64,000 nt of DNA from a virus: IMG/VR virus record IMGVR_UViG_3300009702_000016, positions 64,001 to 128,000 of that record; one strand, 5' to 3'. The notes under the pieces were generated by a model. The model had not been told where the DNA came from, did not search any database, and saw nothing but the letters and a program-made list of their open reading frames with translations. Shown here piece by piece: positions 45,801-55,513 of the stretch. How positions within the stretch are numbered: the stretch's first letter is position 1; each line of letters starts with the position of its first letter. Both the position numbers and the translations under genes were made by a program.

Positions 45801-45807
45801 GTAAGAG

Positions 45808-48171
45808 ATGGCATCACTTAGAATAGTAGGTATTGACCCGGTCACCTCCGGGAGTAACCAGCTGGCCGCCCAAGGCCTAGATACTGTTCTAATTAACGAC
45901 ATCCACGGGTCAACCGCCCTTAACTTGGTATCCACCTCAGGGACGATTGATCTCTTTACGGGTGGAACAGCGGCATCCAATGCTGTTCTATCCCTAGGCA
46001 CAGGATCTGCCACATTCAATCCTAATAGTCAGGCCGCCTTCAACGGCGTCACCATTGAGAGTGGTACAGGAACCATAGGCTTAGAGGTACTCTCTCCCGC
46101 TACCACGAATAAAACTACTTTGGTAGTTAAGCAATTAGGAACTGCCGCCGCTTTGGAGGTGTTTGGTACAGGATTAGCCCTCCTGCAGATGGGCGATAGC
46201 GGGACCTTCCTGTACAACAAGACTGACAGTGACATGGAGTTGTATACGTCAGGGGCAGGCTTACTTACCATAAATAGTGGGGCTACGGGAGGTACTGATC
46301 TTACTGTTGACACCAATAGTGCAGGTCAAGGTTCAGCTATCACTCTTACTGCAGGAGCATCAACTTCAGGTGCCAATAATGGTGGAAACATATTACTTAC
46401 TGGTGGTTTAACTAGTAGTGCTAGCGTTTTAAACCACGGTGGTGAAGTTTCCCTGACGGGGGGTGGTGCTACCAGCGCTACTGGTTCCGCCCAGGGTGGG
46501 ACAGTCCGTGTAACGGGCGGGTCCAGTACTTCTGGTATTGGTGGTGCTGCTGCTGTTAGGGGAGGAAGAGGAAAAGCTGGAGGTGGTTCTGCTTCCTTAG
46601 TTGGAGGAGATAGCACTGACGCTACTACGGCAGGTGGTAGTGTGTCCGTATTAGCGGGTGGTAACTTAGCTAGCCCTATTTCTGACCATTTTGGTTCTAT
46701 AACCCTTGGGAATTCTAATACTAGGGACATCATAATTGGTGGCGTAACTAACGCCGGTATTCCTGGGACGATCACTGTAACAGGGCAGGGTACTACCGGG
46801 GCTAACTCCGGTGGAGCCATATCTGTTGTTGGTGGAACTACTACTGACGTAAACAGTTCTGGTGGCTCTGTGTCTTTGTTGGGAGGAACGGGCGCTAAAC
46901 CTGGAGGTCCTGTTACAGTAACAGGAGGCACCTGTTCTGTAAGTGGTAACTTGGGTGGTGCGGTTTCAATTAACGGAGGAACAAACTCTGTTAGCGCTAT
47001 TTCTGACAACTTCGGTTCTATAACGATTGGAACAGCAACCACCAAGAACATCGATATTGGTGGTGTGAGTAACTCTGGTGTTCCAGGGACCATTACTGTA
47101 ACAGGGCAGAGGACCACAGCGAACACATTTGGTGGGTCTATCCTACTTGTTGGAGGGATTACTGATAGCACCAACAGTGCTCACCACGGCGGTGGTGTAT
47201 CTGTAACTGGGGGCGATTCTAATTCTAGTGCTGGTGGTGGGAAGGCAACCCTTACTGGAGGTCACAGTAAATTAGGATCAGGGGGTAATGCCTCACTTGT
47301 TGGTGGACCCTCTGACGCCTTTACGGCTGGATCAGTAGTTCTTTTCGGGGGGATAACAGCTTCAGCTTCTTACAGCGGTGGAGATGTTATTATTGACGCT
47401 GGGTACTCCTCTGATGACTCCTCTCCTGATCGTCTTGGATCCATTGTTGTTGGTACACAGTTTACTGGTGCTATCACTATAGGAGGATCAACCTCGGTTA
47501 CGAAAAGCGCAAGTGGGGCCGCTCCCAGTGTAACTATTCAGGGGTTTAATCACATGGGAGGCTCAGGTGCAGGTCTCGCCAACGGTGGTAATGTTGTAAT
47601 ATCTGGTGGAACCGGAACAGGTCAAATCCTTAGCGGTACAGGGGGGCCAGGGGGATCTATTCTTATTGATCCTGGAGTTGGTGGAAATATCTCTGCTGAT
47701 GGAATTATCAGTCTGTTCTCACAGAACGGAGATACCCTTTCCATTGGCAATGGGACAGTAGTACCAAAGGTTAACATCAGAGACGGGTACCTGTCCTTCA
47801 CGGATACTACCTCGACTTCTGACTCCAACCCGGCTTCTGGGGCCACCACTATAAAGAACTCCCTGTATGCCAAGAATACCCCTGACTCTTGGCTATTGGC
47901 GTTTAGTAATGTGTTGCAGGATAGTTTTGGGATATTATCTATTGCTAACTTCAGCCTAGGTATACGGGTGACTTTCCAGCATTCTGCCACAGCCTCGTTG
48001 TCACAGAGCTTTTTCTTGACGGGTCATCCTTCAACTCCGTTTTATTTGACAGTTAGTCAATATGCTGTTAATATGGTTACAGTCCGTGGTTGGAATACTT
48101 CAGGAGTCGAAGTTAATCTCACGACTGGATCCCTTGTGTGGCAGTTGCTTAGAATGGCAGAAATCGCATGA
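45808..48171 (+). CDS. Gly-rich repeat fibre protein (N-terminus paralogous to 43092..45656)
   Basis: MASLRIVG...QLAAQGLDTVLI vs MADFRLIG...ALAAQGDTLLI; many GG.V.(L/V).GG repeats; 107-aa internal duplication. Confidence 0.68.
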   Translation: MASLRIVGIDPVTSGSNQLAAQGLDTVLINDIHGSTALNLVSTSGTIDLFTGGTAASNAVLSLGTGSATFNPNSQAAFNGVTIESGTGTIGLEVLSPATTNKTTLVVKQLGTAAALEVFGTGLALLQMGDSGTFLYNKTDSDMELYTSGAGLLTINSGATGGTDLTVDTNSAGQGSAITLTAGASTSGANNGGNILLTGGLTSSASVLNHGGEVSLTGGGATSATGSAQGGTVRVTGGSSTSGIGGAAAVRGGRGKAGGGSASLVGGDSTDATTAGGSVSVLAGGNLASPISDHFGSITLGNSNTRDIIIGGVTNAGIPGTITVTGQGTTGANSGGAISVVGGTTTDVNSSGGSVSLLGGTGAKPGGPVTVTGGTCSVSGNLGGAVSINGGTNSVSAISDNFGSITIGTATTKNIDIGGVSNSGVPGTITVTGQRTTANTFGGSILLVGGITDSTNSAHHGGGVSVTGGDSNSSAGGGKATLTGGHSKLGSGGNASLVGGPSDAFTAGSVVLFGGITASASYSGGDVIIDAGYSSDDSSPDRLGSIVVGTQFTGAITIGGSTSVTKSASGAAPSVTIQGFNHMGGSGAGLANGGNVVISGGTGTGQILSGTGGPGGSILIDPGVGGNISADGIISLFSQNGDTLSIGNGTVVPKVNIRDGYLSFTDTTSTSDSNPASGATTIKNSLYAKNTPDSWLLAFSNVLQDSFGILSIANFSLGIRVTFQHSATASLSQSFFLTGHPSTPFYLTVSQYAVNMVTVRGWNTSGVEVNLTTGSLVWQLLRMAEIA

Positions 48172-48563
48172 CTGAGACTTTAGTAACTTCATTCGCGCCT
48201 TCTGGCGTTCATGGTGTAGACCTTTCTTTATCTATCTCTGGTCTTACGCTAACGGTACCTGCAGCTTCTGTGATGTACAAGTCTTCTTCCTATGTCCTTG
48301 CGCTGGATGAGGTACATACAGTAGGTAGTTACGTAGTAGACTGTGTGGTTGCTGGGTATCTAGTTATTGACACAGCAAACTCGAATGACCTTAGGGTTTT
48401 TGTTGATGAGTTTCTGCAGGATGGTATAGATGCTCCCTACGAGTTTGAAAATAGCCCCTACGAGCTAATAACCTGCCTATATCAGTTCACCGTACCTCCA
48501 GGAACTACTGACTTGTCTACGCTAGATTGGTATCGCTGGTCTATTGCACCGGAGCCGAACTGA
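48168..48563 (+). CDS. Hypothetical protein (fibre-associated)
   Basis: 131 aa with ATGA overlap. Confidence 0.65.
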   Translation: MTETLVTSFAPSGVHGVDLSLSISGLTLTVPAASVMYKSSSYVLALDEVHTVGSYVVDCVVAGYLVIDTANSNDLRVFVDEFLQDGIDAPYEFENSPYELITCLYQFTVPPGTTDLSTLDWYRWSIAPEPN

Positions 48564-48766
48564 TGTCACAGCCTGCCTTGTCTTCTAAGTTTTTGCCCCT
48601 TTCGGCTAAGGCTCAGAAAGAAAGAGATGTGCGTTCTGCTCTAAAGTCAGCAGAGCTTCTGGCAGCCCCTTTGAGTACGAAGACGTTCGCTCAGCTTACT
48701 GCTGCAGAGAAAGATACGTTGCTTGAGGTTATCGCTTTGCGCCTCGGCCTTGTAAAACCAACCTAG
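48563..48766 (+). CDS. Small hypothetical protein, possible fibre chaperone
   Basis: TGATG overlap; KTFAQLTAAEKDTLLEVIALRLGLV; follows the fibre genes. Confidence 0.55.
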   Translation: MSQPALSSKFLPLSAKAQKERDVRSALKSAELLAAPLSTKTFAQLTAAEKDTLLEVIALRLGLVKPT

Positions 48767-48824
48767 GGACATTACCCTAGGCCCTAAAGAAAATCCAAAA
48801 TACCTTAGAAGGAGATAGTACCCA

Positions 48825-49265
48825 ATGGCTACTAAGACCGTAGAAGTAGATCGCAAGAGCCTGTCCACGTCCGATGCCAAGGAGCTTCAGGAACTGATGG
48901 CCAGTCTAGACTCCCTGCGTGCTCAGTATGGGCAGCACCAGTTCAACCTTGACTACCTTCGTGCGCAGTACGAGAATGCAGTCCAGCAGACTGCAGAAGA
49001 TGGCGACAACCTGCGTAAGGGCATCCAAGAAGCACAAACAGCTGTTCAGGAACGCAGCCAAGAGTTGTTGACCTCTTATGACATCGACACCTCGGGTGGC
49101 GGCTGGTCCCTGGATACCGCCGTGGGAGCCTTTGTCCAGTACCGTGAAGAGGAAGTCAAGCCGAAGCGTCGTGCACGCAGCGCAAAGCCTCGTAAGTCCC
49201 GGAAGAATGGGAAGGCTACTAAGACTAAGCGCGCTCCTCGGCGTGCCGCGAAGAAGTCGGCGTGA
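48825..49265 (+). CDS. Coiled-coil protein with a histone-H1-like basic tail
   Basis: AAGGAG RBS; C-terminus KPKRRARSAKPRKSRKNGKATKTKRAPRRAAKKSA. Confidence 0.7.
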   Translation: MATKTVEVDRKSLSTSDAKELQELMASLDSLRAQYGQHQFNLDYLRAQYENAVQQTAEDGDNLRKGIQEAQTAVQERSQELLTSYDIDTSGGGWSLDTAVGAFVQYREEEVKPKRRARSAKPRKSRKNGKATKTKRAPRRAAKKSA

Positions 49266-49579
49266 CCTCTGGGGTTCCTTTCGAGGTAGCTCTTTTGGCG
49301 ATGTATGGGATCACCTTCTTTGTGAGGGAGTCCCATATATTTACGCCGATTCGAGCGCGTCTAACCTCGTTCAAATTTTTCTCCGACATGCTGTCCTGTG
49401 TTTACTGCACAGGGTTCCATGCGGGGTGGGTAGTTTTCTTGCTACTTGAGCCTTTCCCTAGCCCTGAGTCATTTTCATTTTCCTTTGTTGGTGACCTTTT
49501 AGTCTATGCATTTGCTGGAATGGCTTTTTCTGGCGTCATGGATGCCTTTGCTGTACGGTTAGAGGGAAACGGTTTCTAA
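49262..49579 (+). CDS. DUF1360-like membrane protein
   Basis: IT......IF..IR...MLSCVYCTGFHAGW plus TM segments. Confidence 0.65.
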   Translation: MTSGVPFEVALLAMYGITFFVRESHIFTPIRARLTSFKFFSDMLSCVYCTGFHAGWVVFLLLEPFPSPESFSFSFVGDLLVYAFAGMAFSGVMDAFAVRLEGNGF

Positions 49580-49610
49580 CCCGTATGCGCCGTTGGTTAT
49601 TTACGCGGGT

Positions 49611-50402
49611 ATGCTACAGCCAAGAACAGCTGCTCAGCTATTTTCTAACGTGTCACCTATTACTGTGAAGTATAGCAGGAATCACGATTGTGGTGTCTCG
49701 CTCAAGCAGGAACCTGGACTTTACATGGCTCCTCCAGATTACCCTGCACTTCATAATCTTGGGCCAGTTTACCGTCAATTTTATGGTGCACAGTGCCATA
49801 ACGTGTCCTATGACGATGGACGGAAGCCGAAGGAAGGGAAGCCTCATCTTGTCATCCTTTGTTGGGCCGGTGAGCCCGTTCCGGGGGTTAGTTCAGACGA
49901 GAGGGAAGATCCTCGTCCATCTTTGAATAGTCCTATTTGGGTGTCCTGCTCCTGTGAGTTTTTCCTCTATACCTGTGAGTGGGCACTAGCTCGTTACGGG
50001 TCTTCCGACATCTTGTACAGCAATGGAAAGGCTGCTCGGATGAGGAACCCCAGAGGGATTCCTGTGGTGTGTAAACACATCTATTTGGCATTGAAGCAGG
50101 GGCTAAGGGACTACACCCCTGTTCCAAGGCAGGAGCAGGAACCGCAGGAACCGCAGGAAGTCCAGCAAGAGGAGCAGGCTCAGCCCCAAGAGCCGATCCA
50201 GGTGCCGCAGGAAGCCCTCCAAGAGGAACAGACAACTCCTCCCGAGGAAGCCGATGTGGGCTCCCCTCCCCCCGTTACTCTGGATAATCTAGATAAGCTG
50301 GAGCTATTTTCATCCTATACTCCTCCGAGAATAGATAGGTATACCTCTAGTTCGATGTTTCTTCGTTCTCTGGCTTTTCCTACATGTCCGTGTGACGATT
50401 AG
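49611..50402 (+). CDS. SWIM-type zinc finger protein with a Q/E/P-rich tail
   Basis: IWVSCSCEFFLY...NP....VCKHIY; ORF 49593..50402 with ATG at 49611. Confidence 0.75.
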   Translation: MLQPRTAAQLFSNVSPITVKYSRNHDCGVSLKQEPGLYMAPPDYPALHNLGPVYRQFYGAQCHNVSYDDGRKPKEGKPHLVILCWAGEPVPGVSSDEREDPRPSLNSPIWVSCSCEFFLYTCEWALARYGSSDILYSNGKAARMRNPRGIPVVCKHIYLALKQGLRDYTPVPRQEQEPQEPQEVQQEEQAQPQEPIQVPQEALQEEQTTPPEEADVGSPPPVTLDNLDKLELFSSYTPPRIDRYTSSSMFLRSLAFPTCPCDD

Positions 50403-52180
50403 TGGGCCGTCTCAGGGAAATATTCAAGATTGCGAACGGAAAGCTTCCTAGTCAGAACTCCGCATACGTAAAGTTGCGAGGTATTGCCTATCCCATCGAT
50501 GTATTCCTTTCTGGGTCTCTTCGGTTCGCTAGAAAGATTGGAAGTCCGCTACCGATTTGGCTTCCTGATAATCAGACTACTCTAGCTTCCGATGCTTCCC
50601 TCAGCAGCGACCAGATCTCTCTTTCGCGTCCTCTGTCTTGGTTCACACTGGGAAGTAAGGTCGTTATTGGCGAGAACTTCTACACGTTTGTTGATGACAT
50701 CTTGGATGAAGGTCTCACGCTGTCCTTGACGGATAAGACTACTTTGTCTTATGCAGCTGGATCTACAGTGGACCTTTATGGCCATCCTTTAGAGATCAAC
50801 GGTACCTTTCCCTATCTGAGCGATCTTCCTCCGCTTCCAGATGAGTTTGTCCACGATCTTGTTCCTCGATCTTCTGTTGTTGCTTTGGCGGATACGAACC
50901 AGGTTCTCTCCGGGGAGCCAACGATTGACGATGTTTTGGCTGTTGCAGGGGATCGTGTTCTTCTTCTGAATCAGGCTGATCCTACAGAGAATGGTATTTG
51001 GGAGGTTTCAGTATTTGGGTGGACCCGACCTTCAGACTTTTCTCCCGGTACTCATGCAAGCAAGGCACACGTCTTCGTCCTCGGGGGAACGGTTTACGCT
51101 GTGTCCTCTTGGGTGTGCACAGCGTCATCGTCCTTGGACACCATCGACACTGACCCTCTTACGTGGTCTAGGTTTTCAAACGTCACAACTTTTGTGGTAC
51201 ACAGCGAGTACTTTATCTACCCAGGAGATGAGATAAATTACGGGTTTTCTGACTACAGGGTGGCTGAGGCATTAGATGTAGGGACTACCACAGATGGTAG
51301 GACCACCTACCAGATTACGATTGATCTGGGGATTCCTGCTACCCTTACTGATGGGGCATCTGACCAGGTGTACTTGAGGGCATACCCTGCTTATGCATCG
51401 ACCCCACGTCCCCTTCCTAAGATCCCAATGACAAACAGTACGATTGGACCCTTCCTGTACGATAGAGTTAGTGGGAGCTTTTTTGAAGATCTGTACGTGG
51501 AAGAAGTGGACGTTGTGAACTTGCACAGCTCTTCCGGGGATATCACATCCCGAACATTAGACGCGGGGAAGAACAGTCTTGTTTATTCCATCCCCCTTTC
51601 TTCTGATTCCTTTCTTTTCTGGGATAAGACTCGTGGAAGCCTAAACTACAGTCGGTCACTACAGACCTTCGTTGCTTTTACGGACACGAAGGGTAAGTTC
51701 CACATGTACTTTGAGTGTGTTCCTAAGATGGCCCACACAGCAGGGTTTGAGGGATGGAGAGTCAAGGTAAAACCTGACAGGGATGTTCATATGGTGGTGG
51801 AGTTGGAGCCTAATCCACTTCCAGACGCTATTCCTCCAGCTACTCGAAGAGGTACGTCCCTCACAGGGGGTCTTGAAACCTACGTAAACATTGATTTCCC
51901 CGAGGGAAGTGACCCCATCTCTAGGATACATGTGTCTTTTGACTCTGAGATCGTATCAGGAGACTATCACGAAGGGACTCGTATTGACATGGGAAGTTGG
52001 GAAACCCGTGGGGTACCGTCTCTCTCCTTCATTTCACATGCTACCATCGCTAAGGTTGTTGGGGGACATGTTTGGGCTTCGGGATCCGCTATGGCTAAGC
52101 CTTATTGGTTACGTCTAGCGTATCTAAAAGTGCAATCAGACTTGTATGCTAGATTTAATGGCGGCCTACTTTCTACTTAA
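50402..52180 (+). CDS. Virion protein with an internal phage-fibre module
   Basis: LSGEPTIDDV....GDRVLLLNQADPTENGIW......WTRPSD...VFVLGGT is a common tail/head-fibre domain motif. Confidence 0.65.
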   Translation: MGRLREIFKIANGKLPSQNSAYVKLRGIAYPIDVFLSGSLRFARKIGSPLPIWLPDNQTTLASDASLSSDQISLSRPLSWFTLGSKVVIGENFYTFVDDILDEGLTLSLTDKTTLSYAAGSTVDLYGHPLEINGTFPYLSDLPPLPDEFVHDLVPRSSVVALADTNQVLSGEPTIDDVLAVAGDRVLLLNQADPTENGIWEVSVFGWTRPSDFSPGTHASKAHVFVLGGTVYAVSSWVCTASSSLDTIDTDPLTWSRFSNVTTFVVHSEYFIYPGDEINYGFSDYRVAEALDVGTTTDGRTTYQITIDLGIPATLTDGASDQVYLRAYPAYASTPRPLPKIPMTNSTIGPFLYDRVSGSFFEDLYVEEVDVVNLHSSSGDITSRTLDAGKNSLVYSIPLSSDSFLFWDKTRGSLNYSRSLQTFVAFTDTKGKFHMYFECVPKMAHTAGFEGWRVKVKPDRDVHMVVELEPNPLPDAIPPATRRGTSLTGGLETYVNIDFPEGSDPISRIHVSFDSEIVSGDYHEGTRIDMGSWETRGVPSLSFISHATIAKVVGGHVWASGSAMAKPYWLRLAYLKVQSDLYARFNGGLLST

Positions 52181-52192
52181 CTAGGACTACTC

Positions 52193-54460
52193 ATGCGTAG
52201 AATATTACTAGCTGCTCCGGTCTCCATAGACCTGTTGAATTTCGAACGAGAAGCGTTTATCGACGAAATTCTTAATAGGACACGTCTGCTGTTTGCTAGC
52301 TATGATCCCGCTCTTGGTCGGTTCGGTATCGTAGACAAGGATGACCCTAAAACTGCGCTGTCCGGTGACACTTCACGTTCCTTTGTGGTATCCGTGAATG
52401 CGACAGATTCTACCGCCATCGATGTGAGTGGAGGAACTGCTGTTTTTTCAACGGGAGAGGTGCTTGTGCTGGACACCGGGGTGGAGCGTCGTTCCGTTCC
52501 CGGAGGCATCGGTACGACGAGCGTAGTCTACCTAGAGTTCTCGGAATTGGAGACAGCTACCCGCCTAACACGATGGGATACGCCAGCCAACACGATGGTT
52601 GACTTCTTGGCCTCCTCCGCAGACTACATCAAAGTGGATCTGAAGAGTACCTATGACGCGCTAACGATTGCCGAGAAGGACCTTACAATCCCTCTTGCAG
52701 TGGTCTCCGTTCAGGAAGTTGTTACGGGAGTTGGAACAGCTTCGACGCTTGTCGTTGACCATACGACTACTCAGTTGAGTGTGAACCGCCCTTGGTTTAG
52801 CCCTGTGGACATCGAGCACAGAAGCTACCATGGATCGGGGGTTGCCTCTACAAGCAACCCTCATGCGATTTCGTTGAACGACGTATCTGCTTCGAGCACC
52901 CAGACGCTGTTCCAGATCCAGTTAGATCACGGAATGATTGTTTCGAAGGACAAGTCCCTCGCAAAGGTTCCTGGAAAGCTGTGCGTGGAGACCATCCTTG
53001 AGGCCGCGATTACTGAGGATACGACAGGGTCGGTTACAGGCATCGTGGGAGGTTATTGGTTCGCTACTTCTAACTTCCCCACGCTTGTGATTAGGGCTAC
53101 TGATACTTCCACTGGTTTTGACTACGCTCCTCTTCAGATCAAGAGGACAAACAAGGTTTTCCTCCTTCCTAGTGATCAGTACGTTTCAGGAACCGACATT
53201 GAGGTAACGTATCTTACTACAGATGCCGCCGAGCCTTCCACCGCAACGCCCATAACTAGCCTGTCTTTCAAGCAGGTTGGGGATCGAGAGACAGTTATCT
53301 CCGAAGGCTTGGTGGTCAACTCGATCACTGCGGACACCCTGTCCTTTTCGGATGCGGGTCCTGTTCCTCAGCGTTTCATCGTTTACATGAACTCCTCCGG
53401 TGAGTTCAAGCGCTATCCTCAGACTTGTGCTTCCTACGTCAAGCTGTCCTCTATCGGAACAACACCACAGTCTTTCACTCAGGATTTACTGGGTGCCGCT
53501 CCTCTTAAGCTTGCTCTTCAGGGAGCCGTTCCTTCTCCCACACTGACAGTCACTGTTCAGGTTTCTGGATTGGACCAGAATGGGTCCACTATCAGTGAGG
53601 ATGTGACATTTACTGACGCTACTTGGACGGACAATGCGGCAGGTACCTGTACGGAAGAGCCTCAGCAATTCGCTTATACAATCAATACCTTCACTTCGGT
53701 CTTCAACTACATTGTAACGACAAACATAGACTCTGGTCCTGCGGCCTCGCTTGCTATTTACGGTGACATCACTCCTGAGCTAACACCGGAGCTTGCGGAC
53801 ATCCTCCCTGTTGTTGATATTCTGTGGGATGGACTTCAGGTTTGTGAGCTTGAGGATATCCGCCCCATCAACACTCAGATGTCTCTTCCTAGAGTTACGA
53901 AGTATTCCGGGTCTTCCGTGGCTTCTGCGGAGGGAACGTTAGTGTACACGGCAGGTTCCTTGTTCAATCATTGGGTGGAAGACTTTGATCAGCCTAAGTT
54001 CATCACGAACAAATGGTCTGACGATGCAGCAGACACGCTAGCCGGAAGTGTCGCCTTTCCTCCATTTGACACCAAGATGCGAAAGATTTTTGATGGCTTA
54101 GACCTGCGCGATGTCTACGTGAGCAAGCCGATTGCCGTCAGGCCGCACCTCGATGCGCCAGTGGCTCTAAGGTTTATCCCTATCGAGCCTGGTCGCGATT
54201 TTAAGCTGTACGCACGCTACTTTGATGGGACCGCTCTTTGGTCTCCATGGTTGGATTCTGGAAGCATGTTTATGCCTCCCTACAAGGTATCTCTGACTGG
54301 GGCTGTGACTCCTCTCGTGAAGTGGCAGATGGCTGTTTCTGGTCAGTGCAAGGGCATGATTATTGTCTATGTCGTTGACTCCGTTCCTGGGGCCGGTGGT
54401 GGTCTTCCTCCTGAGTTCGCCTGGGACGTTGGTGTCTGGGACGATGGTGCTTTCTCTTGA
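52193..54460 (+). CDS. Tail/baseplate structural protein
   Basis: 755 aa; FGIV...FVVSV....IDVSGGTAV..GE N-terminal domain; HRSY.GSG....NPHA; ends WDVGVWDDG. Confidence 0.6.
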   Translation: MRRILLAAPVSIDLLNFEREAFIDEILNRTRLLFASYDPALGRFGIVDKDDPKTALSGDTSRSFVVSVNATDSTAIDVSGGTAVFSTGEVLVLDTGVERRSVPGGIGTTSVVYLEFSELETATRLTRWDTPANTMVDFLASSADYIKVDLKSTYDALTIAEKDLTIPLAVVSVQEVVTGVGTASTLVVDHTTTQLSVNRPWFSPVDIEHRSYHGSGVASTSNPHAISLNDVSASSTQTLFQIQLDHGMIVSKDKSLAKVPGKLCVETILEAAITEDTTGSVTGIVGGYWFATSNFPTLVIRATDTSTGFDYAPLQIKRTNKVFLLPSDQYVSGTDIEVTYLTTDAAEPSTATPITSLSFKQVGDRETVISEGLVVNSITADTLSFSDAGPVPQRFIVYMNSSGEFKRYPQTCASYVKLSSIGTTPQSFTQDLLGAAPLKLALQGAVPSPTLTVTVQVSGLDQNGSTISEDVTFTDATWTDNAAGTCTEEPQQFAYTINTFTSVFNYIVTTNIDSGPAASLAIYGDITPELTPELADILPVVDILWDGLQVCELEDIRPINTQMSLPRVTKYSGSSVASAEGTLVYTAGSLFNHWVEDFDQPKFITNKWSDDAADTLAGSVAFPPFDTKMRKIFDGLDLRDVYVSKPIAVRPHLDAPVALRFIPIEPGRDFKLYARYFDGTALWSPWLDSGSMFMPPYKVSLTGAVTPLVKWQMAVSGQCKGMIIVYVVDSVPGAGGGLPPEFAWDVGVWDDGAFS

Positions 54461-54472
54461 TCCCGGTATTCT

Positions 54473-55504
54473 ATGTCTAATCGTATCGTACTTAATAGCA
54501 ATGAGATTGCCACCAACGAGGATGTCCAGAGTGCCCAAGACTGGCTGTCTCGTGACCTTAGTCGTGTTCTAGAGGGACTTACATTTGGTTCGTTAGACCA
54601 TAAGCCTTCATCGGGATTCGAAGGCGGTGCGATTGTATCTGGACTCGAAGTTAGTTTGTCTTCCTCAAACTTGACTGCTGTCATATCTCCCGGTGTTGCT
54701 GTTTTCTTTGATGAGTCAGTCGACACAACGAAAGATAGTCCCTACAAGATAGGGACACTCACAAGCCCTCAGACTGTCACCCTAAAGCCAGCTTCTCCGG
54801 TGTCTCGTTGGGACCTCATAGAGATTTCTCTAGGGGAAGTGACAACCTCTGAGATTAGAAGGGTAAAGGGACCCTCTGGATTCACTGATACATCAGTTCC
54901 TAAGGTAGTCACTAGGTCCATCACGGCCAGAGTCCGCCAAGGTGAAGCTTTTTTTCAGACTTTGCCTGTCATAACCTTGGCTGGATATCTTCCTCTTGCA
55001 GGATTAAAGGTTACCGTTGGGGCATCTACGCTAAGTAATAGCGTACCAATTGATTTCCGTAAGATGGCAAGTAACTTCTCCCCAAGTGCTTCCTATACTG
55101 AGCCGTTTGGTTTGGATGGATTTTCTAGGCCTGTGTCTTTCCGTGTCAAAGAGGACAACTTTACTGTATCCACTTCCAGAAATACAGCTATAATCGGACA
55201 GTATCGGGGACCCGTAGCCTCTTCGTTGTCCATCTCTGCCCTCGGTCTAGCTACGGAGCTTACTGAGTCTCCGCTGGTAACCCTTGACGATTCTTCTCCT
55301 GACAGTTTTCCGGCTTCTTCTTGGCGGTACTTGTACGCCTATCGTCCCTCTTTTTTGTGCGGTTATACTTCCCTGTGTTTCTCTCCGGTACCTCCCAGAG
55401 TTCCTGGCTCTTCTGGCTTTGGTCCAGTTGATAGTATACGTCCTTCGTCTGCTTTTAGTCCCCCTGCTCCGTTCAATCCAGCAGAGTTGATAGGTGTTGG
55501 GTAA
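54473..55504 (+). CDS. Tail structural protein (possibly the N-terminal part of a gene continuing to 56020)
   Basis: GAIVSGLEV......VISPGVA, RWDLIE, GYLPLA.L.V...DFR motifs; in frame with 55514..56020. Confidence 0.65.
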   Translation: MSNRIVLNSNEIATNEDVQSAQDWLSRDLSRVLEGLTFGSLDHKPSSGFEGGAIVSGLEVSLSSSNLTAVISPGVAVFFDESVDTTKDSPYKIGTLTSPQTVTLKPASPVSRWDLIEISLGEVTTSEIRRVKGPSGFTDTSVPKVVTRSITARVRQGEAFFQTLPVITLAGYLPLAGLKVTVGASTLSNSVPIDFRKMASNFSPSASYTEPFGLDGFSRPVSFRVKEDNFTVSTSRNTAIIGQYRGPVASSLSISALGLATELTESPLVTLDDSSPDSFPASSWRYLYAYRPSFLCGYTSLCFSPVPPRVPGSSGFGPVDSIRPSSAFSPPAPFNPAELIGVG

Positions 55505-55513
55505 GCACTCTAC

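Noticed and set aside
43167-47990. Long minus-strand ORFs such as 46326..47174 and 44933..45418
   Set aside because: These are antisense shadows of Gly/Thr/Ser-rich genes with low complexity and no motifs.
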